64,000 nucleotides of DNA from contig CM068752.1 of NCBI GenBank assembly GCA_035084275.1, positions 14,012,001 to 14,076,000 of the forward strand, read 5' to 3'. The stretch is from Hydrolagus colliei. Its lineage: Eukaryota. A program made the translations under genes and the position numbers. A model generated the notes under the pieces. It was given only the letters and a program-made list of their open reading frames with translations. It did no database searches and had not been told where the DNA came from. Positions within the stretch are counted from its first letter, which is position 1, and each line of letters opens with the position of its first letter. Shown here one piece after another: positions 36,818 to 51,329 of this stretch.

Positions 36818-37980
36818 TGACTATTTGGCCTCAATTTAGAAGTGACCACAATGTACAAATGTGTTCAATTTGTCTGGTAGGTGATTATCAATGTCAGCAA
36901 ATAGACTGAAAGGCACTTGAAGGACAAATCTATTATATTAATGAACACTTATAATGCTACTTTATGTTGGGAAATGACTGTGTTACAGTACACAGCTAAA
37001 ATATTCAGTGGCATTACTTCTATACATTTTAAATCACCGTTATAGAATCTTTCAGTGCCCACAAACAATTCAACACTTGGTTACTTCATTCTTTGTACTA
37101 TACTACACCTAAAGTGGATATTCCCTTCAAAATAGAACCATGTGTAGCAGTGCACACTAAATTATTAATAGCATCAATTCCATCCAAGTTCATTAACTTT
37201 TAAAGTAGACAGCTAAGGATAAGGGAATCATGCAAGGAAGCAATACACTGGGGAAGGAGATCAGGATCAGAAGGTGAAGCAGCAGCATGGTACAAGGCCA
37301 CCAGCCAATATTTTATCTCTCATTATGAAGGGATTTCTGGTTATCTTGTCCTTTCACATTATGCTCGTTTTATTGTAAGCAAACACTCCTCTAAAGAATT
37401 AGCTATGCCACAGTATACTAGGTTTAAGAGGAAGGTATCACATTTACAAGAATGAAATTATCAAGTCAGTCAACCATTAGAAGGTTTTGGAGCTGAAAAT
37501 AATTGGTAAACACAGAACAAAAAATGAGCTGTGCAGGAAACAAAAGTTCCTGGGCACAAAACCGAATGCTGTATATGCTGTATCATCATCTCTCATTACT
37601 TCAACCTTGGAGACGACCTGTCAGAGAATAGTTTTTAAATGGCCTTTTCCACAAGCAGGTAGGTGTGCGCTCCCCAACTTTTCCAGAGCTTTTCTGGCCT
37701 GAGTCACAATAGCATTTGGAGCTACAACTAACCTAAAGACTTAGGGTACTGTAGAGGTTGTTATTGAATAAGGTTACTCAAAGGTTACGCAAAAATAATA
37801 GAATTGACGAATAGTTGAACATGCTCTCTGATATTTATACAATGCACCTGCTTGAGATTCAGTTTATATTGTTTAAAACATTTTAAATCAATGTTTAGTA
37901 GGGAAATTCTGCTCTAGAAGGGTATGGTGACTTTTCTCACATCCAGCAAAACAGACTGCAAGAAAAAACACTGTCAGCTA

Positions 37981-38165
37981 GTAATAATACTAATCCTTGC
38001 ATTATTTGATAATAGTGCCCTATCACGTCTTTGAGACATCACAAAACACTTCATAGAATATACTGTAAATTCAACTGACTGTACATTTTGTGGACGAAAC
38101 GTGGCAGACAATTGCGCACAGCAGTGTCCCAAACTGTGATAGACTGAAATGACCAATTTATTATT
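37981..38165 (-). mobile_element. 3' half of the Deu-type SINE
   Basis: AATCCTTGCATT...AATTGCGCACAGCAGTGTCCC. Confidence 0.85.
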
Positions 38166-38217
38166 ATTTTTTAATCCTATAGCACAATGTGCATTGTTTA
38201 TGTTACTGACATCACTG

Positions 38218-38542
38218 CACAGCTGAGGGTAGGATCTGATAATCCAGCATTCCGAAAGATGGCAACTCCCTAAAACCGGCAAGATTTCAAAAGCTAGCCT
38301 TCTCTTATGTAATTTTTTTTATAAATACTGTACATTTTTTAAACACTCATTTCTTTATATATATATTTTTACACATAAATCCTGTTAAATAATACATAAC
38401 ACTGTATCAGGTAAATAAAACAACATCAGTAAAGTTACGCAATGTTAGGCTGGGCTACTTTTCTAAATATAGTACCAGGAAAATTCCAAAATCCAGGAGA
38501 TGCTTAGTCTCAACTGCGCCATATTATCAATGTTCTACTATA
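38218..38542. mobile_element. Degenerate Tigger-like MITE related to family A
   Basis: Shares GGCAACTCCCTAAAACCGGCAAGATTTCAAA. Confidence 0.6.
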
Positions 38543-39799
38543 CTTGGAGTACTTGCTATATATACTGTATATAGAGCACAGACACAATTTTCTTCTTAAG
38601 GGATCAATTGAAAGTGGTTTTGGTCAAATGAAAAAGGCACATGCAAAAGGATTCCACATGACTGAATGTCAACATCAGCCATATACACCATGCTACCCAA
38701 TGGGCATCAGTTTTGTTGAACCTACGTGCAGAGTGCTCAATAATTTAACAGTATCATCAAAGAATGAACATCAAAGTAGGTAAATAAGCAATATGCTATT
38801 TAACTAAGCATATGAATCTATCATATATTTCCTCCAAAGTAAATTTTTTGGTATTTGTACTAATCAGTTTGTTCACTTGCCATTGAGAATTAACAGTAGT
38901 TAATTTACTGCAAATTATAGTGACTGCACATTTTGCAGGCAATGCAGCAGTTAATTTGTGCATGGTAATATCCCCGAAACAAACATGAATTGAATGAGGA
39001 GATTTTGGGGGAGGTGGGGGAAGGATCTCTATCACAATATGTGTTACAGTGATTGCATTCAAACTATCACATCTTACTGCCAAAAAATGTCCTAATACTA
39101 TCAAAGACAGAGTGGGTCAAAGGCAATTTGGTAATGGATTCACAGGGAGCAGATTTCAGGTAATGTAGGAGAAATCAATCTCAAAACAAATTCTGAAAAA
39201 GGAGATAAATTAGGTGAGATACAAATGAACAATAAAATAAATGAAATTTTATGAACTGGCATTTTAATTTTTGTAATGAATTCTGACTTGGAGAAACTTC
39301 AGAACATACATAACTTAAATATTTCACAACGCACTTCCTCTGTAATGAGTTACTGTTTACAATAAAATGACATAACTGCAATTAGAAAGATTAAAGTACC
39401 TGACATAAAAGAACAAGCGAATGGTTAATTCACATTATTTTCTGTGCAATTAATCTCCTAGAATATTCCAAATTGTGTTATACACTGCTTTGCAAGTGCA
39501 GGTTAATTGTATTCTGCACTTGTTTCCTTTTCAGTGAAATATGTGACATCCTTATCCACAAGGTGGTGCCATCCAGCACAATCATGGTACATTTTCTTAA
39601 ATCTGGAAACATTATTTCAGTGCAATTTTCAATTTACAATTTACTGCATCACGATTGTTGTAGTTTAATTTATATTTTTAAATAATCAACTAACATTGAT
39701 TGGGACGTCCTCCCGATGTGAAATGGGCTCTATAAATGTAAATTTATAAATATACATGTTGTTGTTAACATTAAACAGGAGTGATATAACTGCTGTCAT

Positions 39800-39950
39800 A
39801 TTCAATTCCAGATCTGTACTGAATTATCTGATCTCAATAGTACTGTAATTATCAAATTGCTACAATTGGCCTCAATGTCTCGGGTTCAGGATCATAGACC
39901 AAAAATGAAGTTAGCCAAGTCATCAATTCACGATTCCCTCTAAGCAACTA
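39800..39950 (+). mobile_element. LF-SINE-like relic, 5' part
   Basis: TCTGTACTGAATTATCTGATCTCA...GCTACAATTGGCCTCA resembles the LF-SINE consensus as recalled. Confidence 0.55.
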
Positions 39951-40424
39951 TGTCTGACTGGATTGACTATATATTTTTATGGGCAAAACACAGCAGCCAT
40001 TTGCACACATTAATTCCCATGTGGACGATGAAAGGAGAAGGAAGTTTCTCCCAGTGCCCTGGCCAACAATTCCCCAAATAAAATTGCTCATGCACTCCAT
40101 AGCTGTTTTGGGACATCACTGTGAGCAAACAAGCTGCCATGTTTTGCCAACAAAATACAGTCAATCCACTTTACAGTATATCCTGTGAAGTGCTTTGAGA
40201 TTTAAAAAAAACTTAACCCTAGTAGAGAAATATACCAGTATAAAACCACAATTGGCTCTTTGATTATACTTATGGCACATTGAAGAAATTCAGTCTTAAT
40301 TTACTTCACATTAGATATTGAGAGCACATTGAATGCTATCAACTCAAAATAGGGAGTTTCCACAACCGAAATTTCAACTGCACTCCTGACATTGTGCACA
40401 AAATGAAGTGATTTTTTATATGTA

Positions 40425-41309
40425 CAAGTAAGCCCCGATTTAGGACGCTTCTATTTAGGACATTTTGATTGAACGAACATAATTTTTTAACACCTTTTTA
40501 TCGATATAGGACACTTGATTTTGCTTTATCGAACAAAATGATCTTTTTGCGCATGCGCAGTACATATTGTATATCGCAGTCATATTTGGCACGTCCTTTT
40601 TGTCCATACGCACAGTACATAGTGTATTCGCGGGTAAATCGTGCTCACATCTGATATAGTGTATCCAAGTGTTTGAACTGGCCAATAGCATGTTGCTACG
40701 TCATTGTTTAAAAGCAGCTGATTTTGAAGTGACACCACGCCAGGTCAGTATTACAATAATTTCCAAACATTCCCAAGCAACTTCGAGCAATTTACAGCCT
40801 CTCTCGGGAAAGAAGAGTAGTAAGTGAAATGAGCAGTGGTAATACCGCTAGTGGCAAGAGACCCCGCAACGTCATCACTTTAAATACTAAATTGGAGGTG
40901 ATAAAGCGCATCGAGTCTGGCAAAAAAGGTATGGACGTCGGGAGGGCTTTAGGGCTAGCTAGATCGATGGTGGCTACTATAAAACAGAATAAGGACAATA
41001 TACTGGCAAGTTCAAGATGTGTTACAGCTACAGGTGCAAGCAGATTATCAAAACATAGGACTGTATTAAAGTTTGCCAGTATTAAAGTACAATACTGTAC
41101 AGTTACCCCAAGTACCCCTTCTTGCCTATGTTTTATTTTATGTGTTTTGTGTGTTATTTAGTGGGTTTAAGGTCCGAAAATTTAGTGAAAAGAACGCATC
41201 TCGGGTTATATAATGGGACTGCATGGGAAACCGTGTTTCGATTTAGGATGTTTCGATCTGAATATAGTTTTTCAGGAAAGCAACCCTGTCCTAAATAGAG
41301 GTTTACCTG
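40425..41309 (+). mobile_element. Internally deleted Tigger/pogo transposon retaining the CENP-B-type N-terminal HTH
   Basis: TA-flanked TIRs CAAGTAAGCCCCGATTTAGGAC / GTCCTAAATAGAGGTTTACCTG; ORF 40829..41161 with KRPRNVITLNTKLEVIKRIESGKKGMDVGRALGLARSMVATIKQNKD. Confidence 0.92.
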
Positions 41310-42918
41310 TACTAATTTTTGATACTTCAACCTGGCAGAAAGGCAATCGAGTTGTCGGTATATGCAAACTGTTATTGCAGAACAGTGAATTTAATAAACA
41401 GAGTGTCTACAAGTGGCTTTTCTACTCATTCCAGCAATGCACTGATAATCTTGAAGTGTTGGTTCAAGATTATTAAAAATATTTGAATAACTGATTGTCC
41501 AGCACCTTGGGGCATAATTGGGTAAATTTGAAGGTGGCACTTAAGCAACAATGTAAAATAAAAAGTGTGTTTTAAGTATAAAAAGGGAATAGAATGGAGA
41601 AGAAACTAGCCATCATCAGCCACAAAATAAAACTACAAAACAAATCTTGACACAGAAAGACAAGTAGTTTTTCATCTAGTTCAGTTTCACCTAGCTCTGT
41701 AAAACTGAAATTTCTGTGATTGCACAAGGGGAGTTTTTCTACTGTGCAAATTATAGTGCTTAGATGATGATCACACAAGATGCAGTCTCTGCTTACACAG
41801 TAAGAGAAATACGACACTGGCATGTGGCACCAAAGTGAGGGCCTCCCAGTCAAAGAAATGCTGACACATACGGAAGCAGGGCAACCATTAATCCAAATAA
41901 AATGCGCATTCAGTTTAATTGTGAGCAAATATCAATTTTTACATTTGCTAATAAAATGGCCACCTGTGTTGACGTTTCTAGTTCCTCATGTAATTTAACT
42001 AGCAGCAGCTGGCTCGCCAATGACAAACTGTTAATCTTTCCAAAGCAATTAATGCCCATCAGGTTAAGTTAAAAATCTCTACAGTAAAGGAAAAGAAGCA
42101 ATTAGTGCTAGTGGATATTGAGTAATGTCTTTCATATTCAACATTAGACTGGAGTTCAAATAGACATTTAGGATAGTACTACTTAAAATGAACAATTCAT
42201 TTTGGTTAGTTTGTGATGTCGCTCCAAAAATCAAATTATCTGCCAATTCTCACTATTAAAGCTAACGCGTGAATGGACAACTTTGCAAAGGAACAAAATG
42301 CAACCGATGAACTGTACTTTTACTTCTGGAAGAAAGGAGTCAAACTGCCTAAGGGTAGTGAAGAAAATTAGCAAAGGAAAATAAAAGTGGATTACCAATT
42401 TCCTCAAACAGCAATTTACACTACAGTATTTCCCAACTTACTGGTTATGTACTTCACAAAACCTAGTCCCAGAAATAAACCCAACAAAAAGGCAAAATAT
42501 CAAGAGGAACATTGCAGCAAGCAATCAGGCTCCAACAGAAAACAAATTACAACTGTGGCAAAGGAACAGTTTTGTTGAAAAAGTTAGGAATGTGAAACAG
42601 AAAATTAGTTTCTCTCCCCCTTTTGCAATATCACAAGGCATGTGACTAAGGATGATCTGGCTCAGACTCTGTAACCCCCAGCTTATGCCACTCTGTAAAT
42701 TGCCAGCATGAGATACAATTTCAAGCAGTGTAAGCTTCACTATTTAAGCTAAATCGAGGTTATTAGGCAACCATTATATAGTAAATTGCAGTTCAATGAG
42801 TGAGCTGAAGGAAATTCACTGTTAACCCACATAGTCAATTCTCATTTATTTCATTAAATATTTACATCATGATGAATTTATTATTTAAGGAAAAAAGCAT
42901 GTTAGCAGATTCATTACA

Positions 42919-43430
42919 CAACAACAAAATTACATCTGTAGAGCGCCTTTCAAAACAGGAAATCGTCCCAAGGTGTTGAACAGTCAGGGGTCGGGACCTG
43001 AGCAAGTGGCGGGTGGGGGGATAGAGTTGAGATGAGGCAGGGCAAAGAGGTAGGAGGGTGACTAAAGGCATGGTCGAATAGTAGGGTCTTGAGACTGATC
43101 TTGAAGGGAGCAAGGTGAAGGGGAGTTCCAAAGTGTAGGGGCACAGAGACCGAAAGCCCGGCCACTGATGGTTGGGCGGGTAGGGTGGGAGACATGGGAG
43201 CAGGTCAAAGGGGGTAGTAGGGGGTAAGGCCGTGGAGGGCATTGAAAGTGAGGGCAATGATCTTGAATTTGATCCTCAGAGGAATGGGAAGCCAGTGGAG
43301 CTGGGCGAGGGTGGAGGTGATGGGGTCATGTAGCTTGGTGCGAGAGAGGACGAGAGCTGCAGCTTGTGGAGGGAAGTGTTGGGGAGGCCAACAAGTCAGG
43401 AGTTGCCATAGACGTGCCTAGAGTTGACAA
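42919..43430 (-). mobile_element. L2 LINE 3' fragment
   Basis: (TTG)n tail; remnants such as FKISLKTLLFDHAF. Confidence 0.85.
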
Positions 43431-46400
43431 ATACGTTATAGAATGCTTCATCCCAAATTCCATTTTGAACCCTGCTGTTCTCTCCCACACAAAAAGTGAT
43501 GAGAAACTACAATTGTTAAGATCCCTAAATGCTGCAGCATACAGCATATGTGATATTCCGAATACCTCACAATGAGGATTTGCACAAAGTTCCCCTTGTG
43601 TTATGTTGGGTATTCTCTCCCACTGTGTGCAGATGTGGCAGGCATTTATAACACAGCAAGTATTTTTTTCTTTTTACAAAAGCAGTTTTGAATAAAAGGC
43701 ATAATTTACAACCAAAATAATGTAGAATTCCTAGTCATTGAAACTTTTCTGACACCTCTGAGAGCACTCAAGGATCCACTTATTTTTTCACATAAGCACA
43801 GTGAGTCGCTGTAGCGCTTTCCTCTATATTTTATGTTGAACTTGACCTTACACTGCAGGTTTTCTACAATCTCAGGCTTTAAATGACAGACATGTGTAAT
43901 GAAGTCACACTCGAGAAAGGGGGCCAAGAAAAACATCCTGCTGTCCAATACTAAATTATTACAGGACAGGGGAGGAAACTGGTAAAATATTTCCTGTGTC
44001 CTACAGCTCCAATGACCATTAAAATGTTGAAATCCAAAGATAGCACCCCCTCACCAATAGTAAATGTTAAATTTTTGCTGAAGTTTTTCAAAATGTTTAT
44101 GAGATCCTTAACACCTGCAATGTGGAAAATCCATTTATCTACATGTTCCTCCAGACTTCTGGGTTTAATTACAAGTATTGCCACATTGCAGTTTTGGTTA
44201 AACCACCTTAAGCTACAAAGAATTTATGTTCTATACTTTCCTCGGGCTAAATGTTTCTTCTGTGTATTTCTGCTCACTTGCGCTTTTGCATTAACTTGTA
44301 CTGTAGGCGTTATGTATCCTATTCCTAATTTTATTAACCTACATTTGCCTACTTATTACATTTCAACAAAGTAATATTCTCAGCTTTCCATTAATTTGCA
44401 GGTGTCAACCACATAGTCATTCACCTGCTTGTTTTTTCTTGGTCACATATGACACGTGCACTGCTCACAAACACTGCCACACAATAAAGGAAGCTAAGTG
44501 CAATATTTCTATTGTAGAAACATCCTACTTGCCATTTATTTTGAACCTTTTCATAATAGGTGTGAAAATTCAATTTCTAAAGCAGTTACACGATTCAATA
44601 ATCTAATGTGTTTTTATAGACCTAGGCTGCAATGGCTGAGTGTTTAGTTTGTCTGGTTTGATAAGAATAATACAAAATATAAAATTGTTGGGAAACCCAT
44701 TACCAGGCTTAAGAGTATCCAAACTTCAAGCATGCCACCTGCACCTGGGTATTCCTGTGTTTGAAATGAAATGAAATGAAATGTACAAACTCTTTTCCTG
44801 GAGGGCCACCCCTTGCTTACCTAATGCTGTAGATTAGTGGCAGTCAATGTTTTTGGTCAACCAACCAAATACATTTTCCTTTATAAAATTTTCCTTAATT
44901 TAAGGATGTATGAGCATTGTGGCTTCATAGCTATTAGAACCAAGATATTGATTTGGCGCAAACTTACCTGTTCTTCAGGGTACTCCTTGATGCCCCAAAA
45001 GTGGCCTGCAGTATATTTAAGTACACAATTCACTGTGTATCCCATGAAGCGCTTTGAGAAGTCTCAATAATATGATAAGATGCTAGATGAAATGCAAGAT
45101 GATTATTATTATTAAATTTGGCCAGCGTATAGAACTAAGAAGCTTAAACTCACACTAATATATTCAAAATCCATTAACAATATTCTGAAAGGATTTATGG
45201 GTCCCAAACCTATGGAACAAGTACTGTAGATTTATTTATTAGATTAAAATACAGTAATGTTATCATTCCACCCTTCCTAGGATATTTATGATAATCTGAT
45301 AAGTAAGCTAAAAGGACCAAACAGAATCTGACATTCTCTTATAAAATGAGACCAAAAAACGAATTAAATTGAAACACAAGAAGCTCTTATCTTGTATAAA
45401 TTTAGAGATGTTTTGTGTTAACACAAAAAAAATGCTACTACTGCATCATCTAAATTTCTGAACACAAAGCAAGTTATTCAGAACACATGTGGCATTATTG
45501 GTTTCTACTCAAGTTTCTGAATTTCCTGAAACTAGAAAACTTGGCGTTTGATTGTAAAACTCTTTTACAAGAGAATTACTTAGCAATAAAAAAGTGATGA
45601 GAATTAACACACATTAAATTGGAGCATCTTCTGCTTCATGTGCATTTCAGAAAAATAAGGTCACATTCAGTTTTATTAGTTGGGTAAGTGATGGATAACA
45701 TGTGCTATCACTTATCCCTCTTTAAAAGGCATCAAAAATCAAGTTGTTTGCCAACGTAAATTCCAAGAGAGAAACAGAATCTTTGATTTAGTTGATAATG
45801 GCACTTTGAAAACAACTGAAATACCTCTTTCATAAAAAAGGTGTCACCTTTCACCAATACTGAAATAGAAGGCAGTGTCCATAGATCTGGAAAAGTGATA
45901 TTTCTGCATCTGGTTAACAGCATTCATTAAAGCTTGCAATGCTACCATTCCATTGCTTCAAATAATTACCAAGATACAAAATCTTTCCTTGAGTAATCAA
46001 CCAAAAATATTGGTTGTACTGAAACTTTCAACATTTCAATATAAAGTTAAATTAATTGCAGTTATTGTGATGGCTCTCAGTGGATTAATGTAGTATGCAG
46101 GATGATGCTGAACAGCACAGAGTATTGAGGGACAACATCTCTTGACAACTATCTGTTAAAATCAACGAGCGTTGAAAAACTCCTGGAAAGTTTCCTTCTG
46201 AAAAGTAGGTCTCTGCTGAAGAGTATGTTTCCTACTGGAAAGTATGTTTCCTGTTACATGTGTGCTGGGTAAAAAGAGATTGTGAGCAAATATCACCTTA
46301 CCAATGTAGATGAATAATGGCAAAGTATTAAAGAATTGTTAATGATCAAGAATCTTTAGCCCACCACAAGCAATCACCTTCAGAAGAATAGAAAAACAAA

Positions 46401-47390
46401 GGAAAAATATGTGAAAAGATTGCTTCTTTGCAAGTTAACTGCTTCACAGTACACACTAAAATTAAACCTTACATCTGATCTGGTGCTTCAATAAACCTGT
46501 GTATATATACATGTTTTGCCCACAGAATATACAGTCATTTCACCCTAGAGTATATTCTGTGAACTGCTTTGAGATATCTTGAAAGCATGAGAAGATGCTA
46601 TATTAAATGCACACATTATTATTATTTATTCATAATTCTTTGTTATCATGAAATATTACCCATTTCTAAAGAGAAAGTTTATTTCAATATTAAATCCACT
46701 CTGTTTATGAATAGTCCAAAAGTATAAACGAACAAGATTAATTTCTTATATTTAAAATGTAAAATGTATTTAATGGACAAACGTTGTCACTTGCGAGTTG
46801 GAAAAACCTTTTTATACATAATGCTAAAATCCAATTTTGCACGTGCAACTTCTGTTCAACATGAAAAAAATGTACCAGTATTTTTCAAATATATTAATGA
46901 AACAGTTATGTATTTATCTCATTCACAGACAAAGAGCAAATACCCCAAAGTGTGCCCGTGTGTAAGAGATGGATTTACCACAGTAGTTACATCCAATGCA
47001 TGGTGTCACTTGGTTTATTTTATTTTGTGTATCGTCTTGACATATATCCTCTCGGATTTCCATGGGAATGCAATGGTAATTTCGTACCCTTTTCCGGTGG
47101 AACCAGTCATATCTCATAGGAAGCTCTGTGTGCTATCATTTTTATGTTCAAATTGAGGCACTCACTCACTCACGACGTATGCAGGAAGAGGCCACTGTAG
47201 CTCCTCTGGTTACAGAACTGATTAATACCACATTTACATCAATACCTGGAGTGGTGCAGATGTACACCACTTTGGGTAACAATCCAATCTCCTACATTTA
47301 CACAACTGTAAATACTGGGATAAAATTCTCCAATTGCAGTGTGAAATGCTGATAGAGACAATCTTGCTGTGCTAAATGGGTATTATACAT

Positions 47391-47795
47391 CAGCCCGGTT
47401 CAGTTGTAGCAGTTCAGCCTTTGATTCAGAAGATTTTGGGTTCAACTCCCACAGTCGGACTTTGAACTCATAGTTTAAGCTGACACTAAAATGTATTGCT
47501 GCATTCTCAAGGTGCCGTCCCTTGGATGAGATGTTAGGTGGTGCTCCTGTTTGCCAGTTCAGGTGGACATTAGAGATCCCAAGGGACTATTTGAAAAGAG
47601 AAATGAGTTTGTCTTGGCCAACAATTTTCCAAATAAAATTTCTCATTCACTTCATGGCCATTGGTAGGAAATTGCTACGTGTAAATTTGCTGTGGTGTTT
47701 GCCTACAAATACATTCACTCCACTTCACAGTAAAATCCTGTGTAGCAGTTTGAGACATTCGATGACATGATGAAGCTCTACATTAAATGCACAAA
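47391..47795 (+). mobile_element. Near full-length old DeuSINE (SacSINE1/AmnSINE1-like) with tRNA-like head
   Basis: GGTTCAACTCCC B box; Deu domain GGTGCCGTCCCTTGGATGAGATGTTA...TTCAGGTGGACATTAGAGATCCCAAGGGACTATTTG. Confidence 0.8.
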
Positions 47796-48384
47796 TTGTT
47801 ACCATCAGTTATTCTCACAGAATTGTACTATAACTATCGCTCACTGAATTTGGCTGCTGAAACATATGCTAATCTATGGCAAATCTGTCTGTTTGTATAA
47901 TAGCACATATAGCAGCGTAATTCCTCCCAAGTCTTTTAATGCTCCCATCAAGCACACAATCATAAGTCATGTACAATAAAGTCATGCTAACTTGACCCTG
48001 GCTTAACTTGTCATTACCACTTAAGTCATCATGCTGTCAATATCTCAGTTGCATTTATGTATGTATTTATATATAACTCGCCACTCCTGATAATTCACAA
48101 CTGAGCCCTTTCCTCTTGCAGTGATGAGTTTTCAGGGGTTTACTGAACTTATTGCCATGTATAGCTACACTCTATTTTGCCACAGTCCACTTGGTAAAAA
48201 AAGACCCTGCTCTACCAAAATTCACCTATAATTTATGAACCTCTTTATTTAACGACAAGTCTCAATATTGAACATTAAATCGCTAATTGCCCCGATCCGA
48301 TGTGATTCCAGTGTAAGCTTTCTAATTCAACTCACAAGGTAAGCCATAGCACATATAACACTGAGAAGCTTCTCCACAAATATA

Positions 48385-48674
48385 AATAATCCTTGCATTT
48401 GATATGTTGCTTTTCATATCTTCTAGACGTCTCAAAGTGCTTCACAGAATATATTGTAAAGTGAATTGACTGCATTTGTGGGCAAAAAGGTGGCACAGCA
48501 GTGTCCCACAAACAGTCGTGGATTGAAGTGACCATTTATTCCTGTGTTTTTTTGCCAGATTATTATCAGGCGTATAGAGTAAGGAAATTTACATAAGGTT
48601 TTGACCTGCCAGGAATCTAATCCAGATCTTTTGCTTGCGAGGTGAGTGCTCTAACCACTGAGCTACAGGACTCC
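48385..48674 (-). mobile_element. Full-length tRNA-headed Deu-type SINE
   Basis: Reverse complement GGAGTCCTGTAGCTCAGTGGTTAGAGCACTC head, core and tail. Confidence 0.92.
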
Positions 48675-49234
48675 AGAAATCAATCAGGATTAATTGCAGC
48701 TGCTACTGAAGTGTTTCATTCCAAATTATTTCCGAGATTTGCAGACATACTATATTTCCTATGTACAAAAAAGTTGTAAGATTCCAGAATGAAGGCAAAA
48801 TTGGCATTTCATTTTCAACTAGTAAAATGTGAGACTTCTCTAATTTAGCCTTCAGATTTCTACCTTTACACTCATCTAATTTTTAAGTAGGACTCCAGTG
48901 ACAACATTATCCTTAGAAACTTGCTTCAGAAACCTGTCAAGTGAGGTTTAAATGTTTATATGCTGCATCTCTCCCCTCACTACACAATTTCAGCTAAAAC
49001 ATCTTGCAGTTAAATGTAAACTTGAATTTTGCTAAACATTAGGTATGAAAACATAATTCTTATGTCTAACAGTTCTGTCGGAAAAAATCAACTGTCAAGC
49101 TTAATAATTACTTTCATATTGTTAACATTGATGCAGTTTTTAATTTGTGTTTTCTATCAAGAATTATGTTAACATTTATTAAATTAAGTCACAAAGAAGT
49201 GTTAATTAACAGATTTTGTCCACATGAGATATGA

Positions 49235-49435
49235 TAAGGACCAGGTCAGTTGCAATATGCCCCCCCGCCCCCACCACACACAGTTGAATGGGCATGCAAC
49301 ACTCAAGGTCCAGGGTCACACATGAAAAATGGCCATTTAAGCAGGATACCAGAAAAGCCGTTGGTGCCTATGGAACTGAACCCAGCATGGCTCACCACCT
49401 TCAGCATTAAGAGGGGTATGGAAAGGAGAAAATAA
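49235..49435 (+). mobile_element. LF-SINE-like relic, 3' part
   Basis: TCACACATGAAAAATGGCCATTT...GGTGCCTATGGAACTGAACCCAGCA...GGAGAAAAT matches the recalled LF-SINE 3' consensus. Confidence 0.65.
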
Positions 49436-50982
49436 GGGCAAAAAGAAAGGAATGCTTTACGTAAATGATTCTGTAGTTTAATTGGCTTAATCTAATGGAT
49501 ACACTGGCAATAGTTTATTCAGGGAAGAAATGTAATACGCATCCGCCCAAACTCTATAGGGCAAGATGTTTATTAGCATATCAGAAACATTTAGCGGTAA
49601 ATATGTTGTTCAGCATTTTCCATAATGGTCAGTGCCTGTATTTTTGCGCCTCATGATTAGGAATATATCATAGTCAAGTGATCAGCAATATTGCAATTTT
49701 GTAAGATGGCAAAATTTGATTTATTAATAGGTTTTTTAAAGTCATCCCAGGCACCCACAAACATCAGCACATTTAAATCGACTATATGCTGCCAGTTCTC
49801 TGATTAGCTTTCAATTAGGTCATGTAGTTTAATTATTCTAACTTCCAGTATCCCTTTCTTTCAGAACATTAAACCTGCAGAGTCACCCAGAGTCATTAAT
49901 AAGGTTGTTATGAATTGATAAATAGTACTTCTATAGACCACATTCACTGTTTTTTATTAGACAAAAAAATAAACTGATGTCATTCCCTAAGGGTGGAAAA
50001 GTATTTCACGGGCAGTATTACCAAATCCACATGCCTATCAGTTTTTGCTATTAATTTCAAATGGGAATAGATGCCTGAAGTATGCTGCACTGATTCCAAA
50101 AACAGAAAGCACCATAAATTCAATCTTGGTCAAAATTTCATTACAGTGTGATTTTAATTCTTTCTTAATTATAATCTCAGTGAATAATGCTGCAGTTGTA
50201 AAACTGCTTGAATAATACTACACATTAGGAGAAAAAGACAGTAATGATACGGGGTTTGGAGCAACTCTAACACTTCAGATCTCCAGTCACTGGATACATC
50301 CAGATGCATTTTGGTTCTGACAGCTGAATTTTTATTTTTAATGAGAAGGATGTGAACAGAAGTTGGACTCACTTGACAAAGAACATTAAAGGAGAACATC
50401 AGCAAAGTAGAGGAATTAAACTTCACATATTCTGTAAACGAAAATCCTTCTGTTCATATGGCACACAGCACAGCATTAAACCTGTATCCTCAGTTAATTA
50501 GATCTGCAAAAGATCAGATCTAGACATATGGGTCGCTATTGAGGTCTGATTTAGAACATGCTTAGCCATGACCTAGAACTAACATTTCCCATATGGTATT
50601 CTCATATGTCTTGCACCATCAATCATAAGCGGCATGCTGCAAACAGGACTTCCCATTTCTGGTACCCAACTGATATGACAACAATCACACATACTGTGAA
50701 ACAGGACAGTTAAAATTCATACTGGCTTCTCACAAGAGCTCTTATGTTTCAAGTAGAACTGGGGGATGATTTTTCACAAATCAACTTTTGTTAAGCTGTC
50801 AAAAGGACTAAAACTACAAATTAAGAGACACTGCTAGCACAATGGGTTCCACACCAATTTATTGTGCAATAACTGGGCTACCATTTTATGTGGCACATCT
50901 TAGTTTATCATTCAGCAAAGTATGTACCTGCAAAAATGTTTCTCCCACAAAATATATATCGTAGTTAATTTACTTTTACACT

Positions 50983-51247
50983 GGGAGTCTTGTAGCTCAG
51001 TGGTTAGAGCACTCTCCTCGCAGGCAAGAGTCCTGGGTTCAATTCCCAGGCAGATCAGGGCGAAACATTGGGCAAGTGTTCTTACTCCACATGCCTGATA
51101 ATAATCCCTCAAGAAAAAACAATAAAATTGGTCACTCAATCCATGTCAGTTTGTGGGACACTGTTATGCGTAACTGCCTGCTGCTTTTCACCCACAAATG
51201 TACAGTTAATTCACTTCACAGTACATTCTGTAAAGCGCTTTGAGCCA
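50983..51247 (+). mobile_element. tRNA-headed Deu-type SINE, tail truncated
   Basis: GGGAGTCTTGTAGCTCAGTGGTTAGAGC...GGTTCAATTCCC...GTGGGACACTG. Confidence 0.9.
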
Positions 51248-51329
51248 TCTAGTTTACCATTGCACATTCACTCTTAAAACTATCCTCAATTCAATTATAC
51301 CAGTGGTTGAAATAATATAGTGGTCTCAT

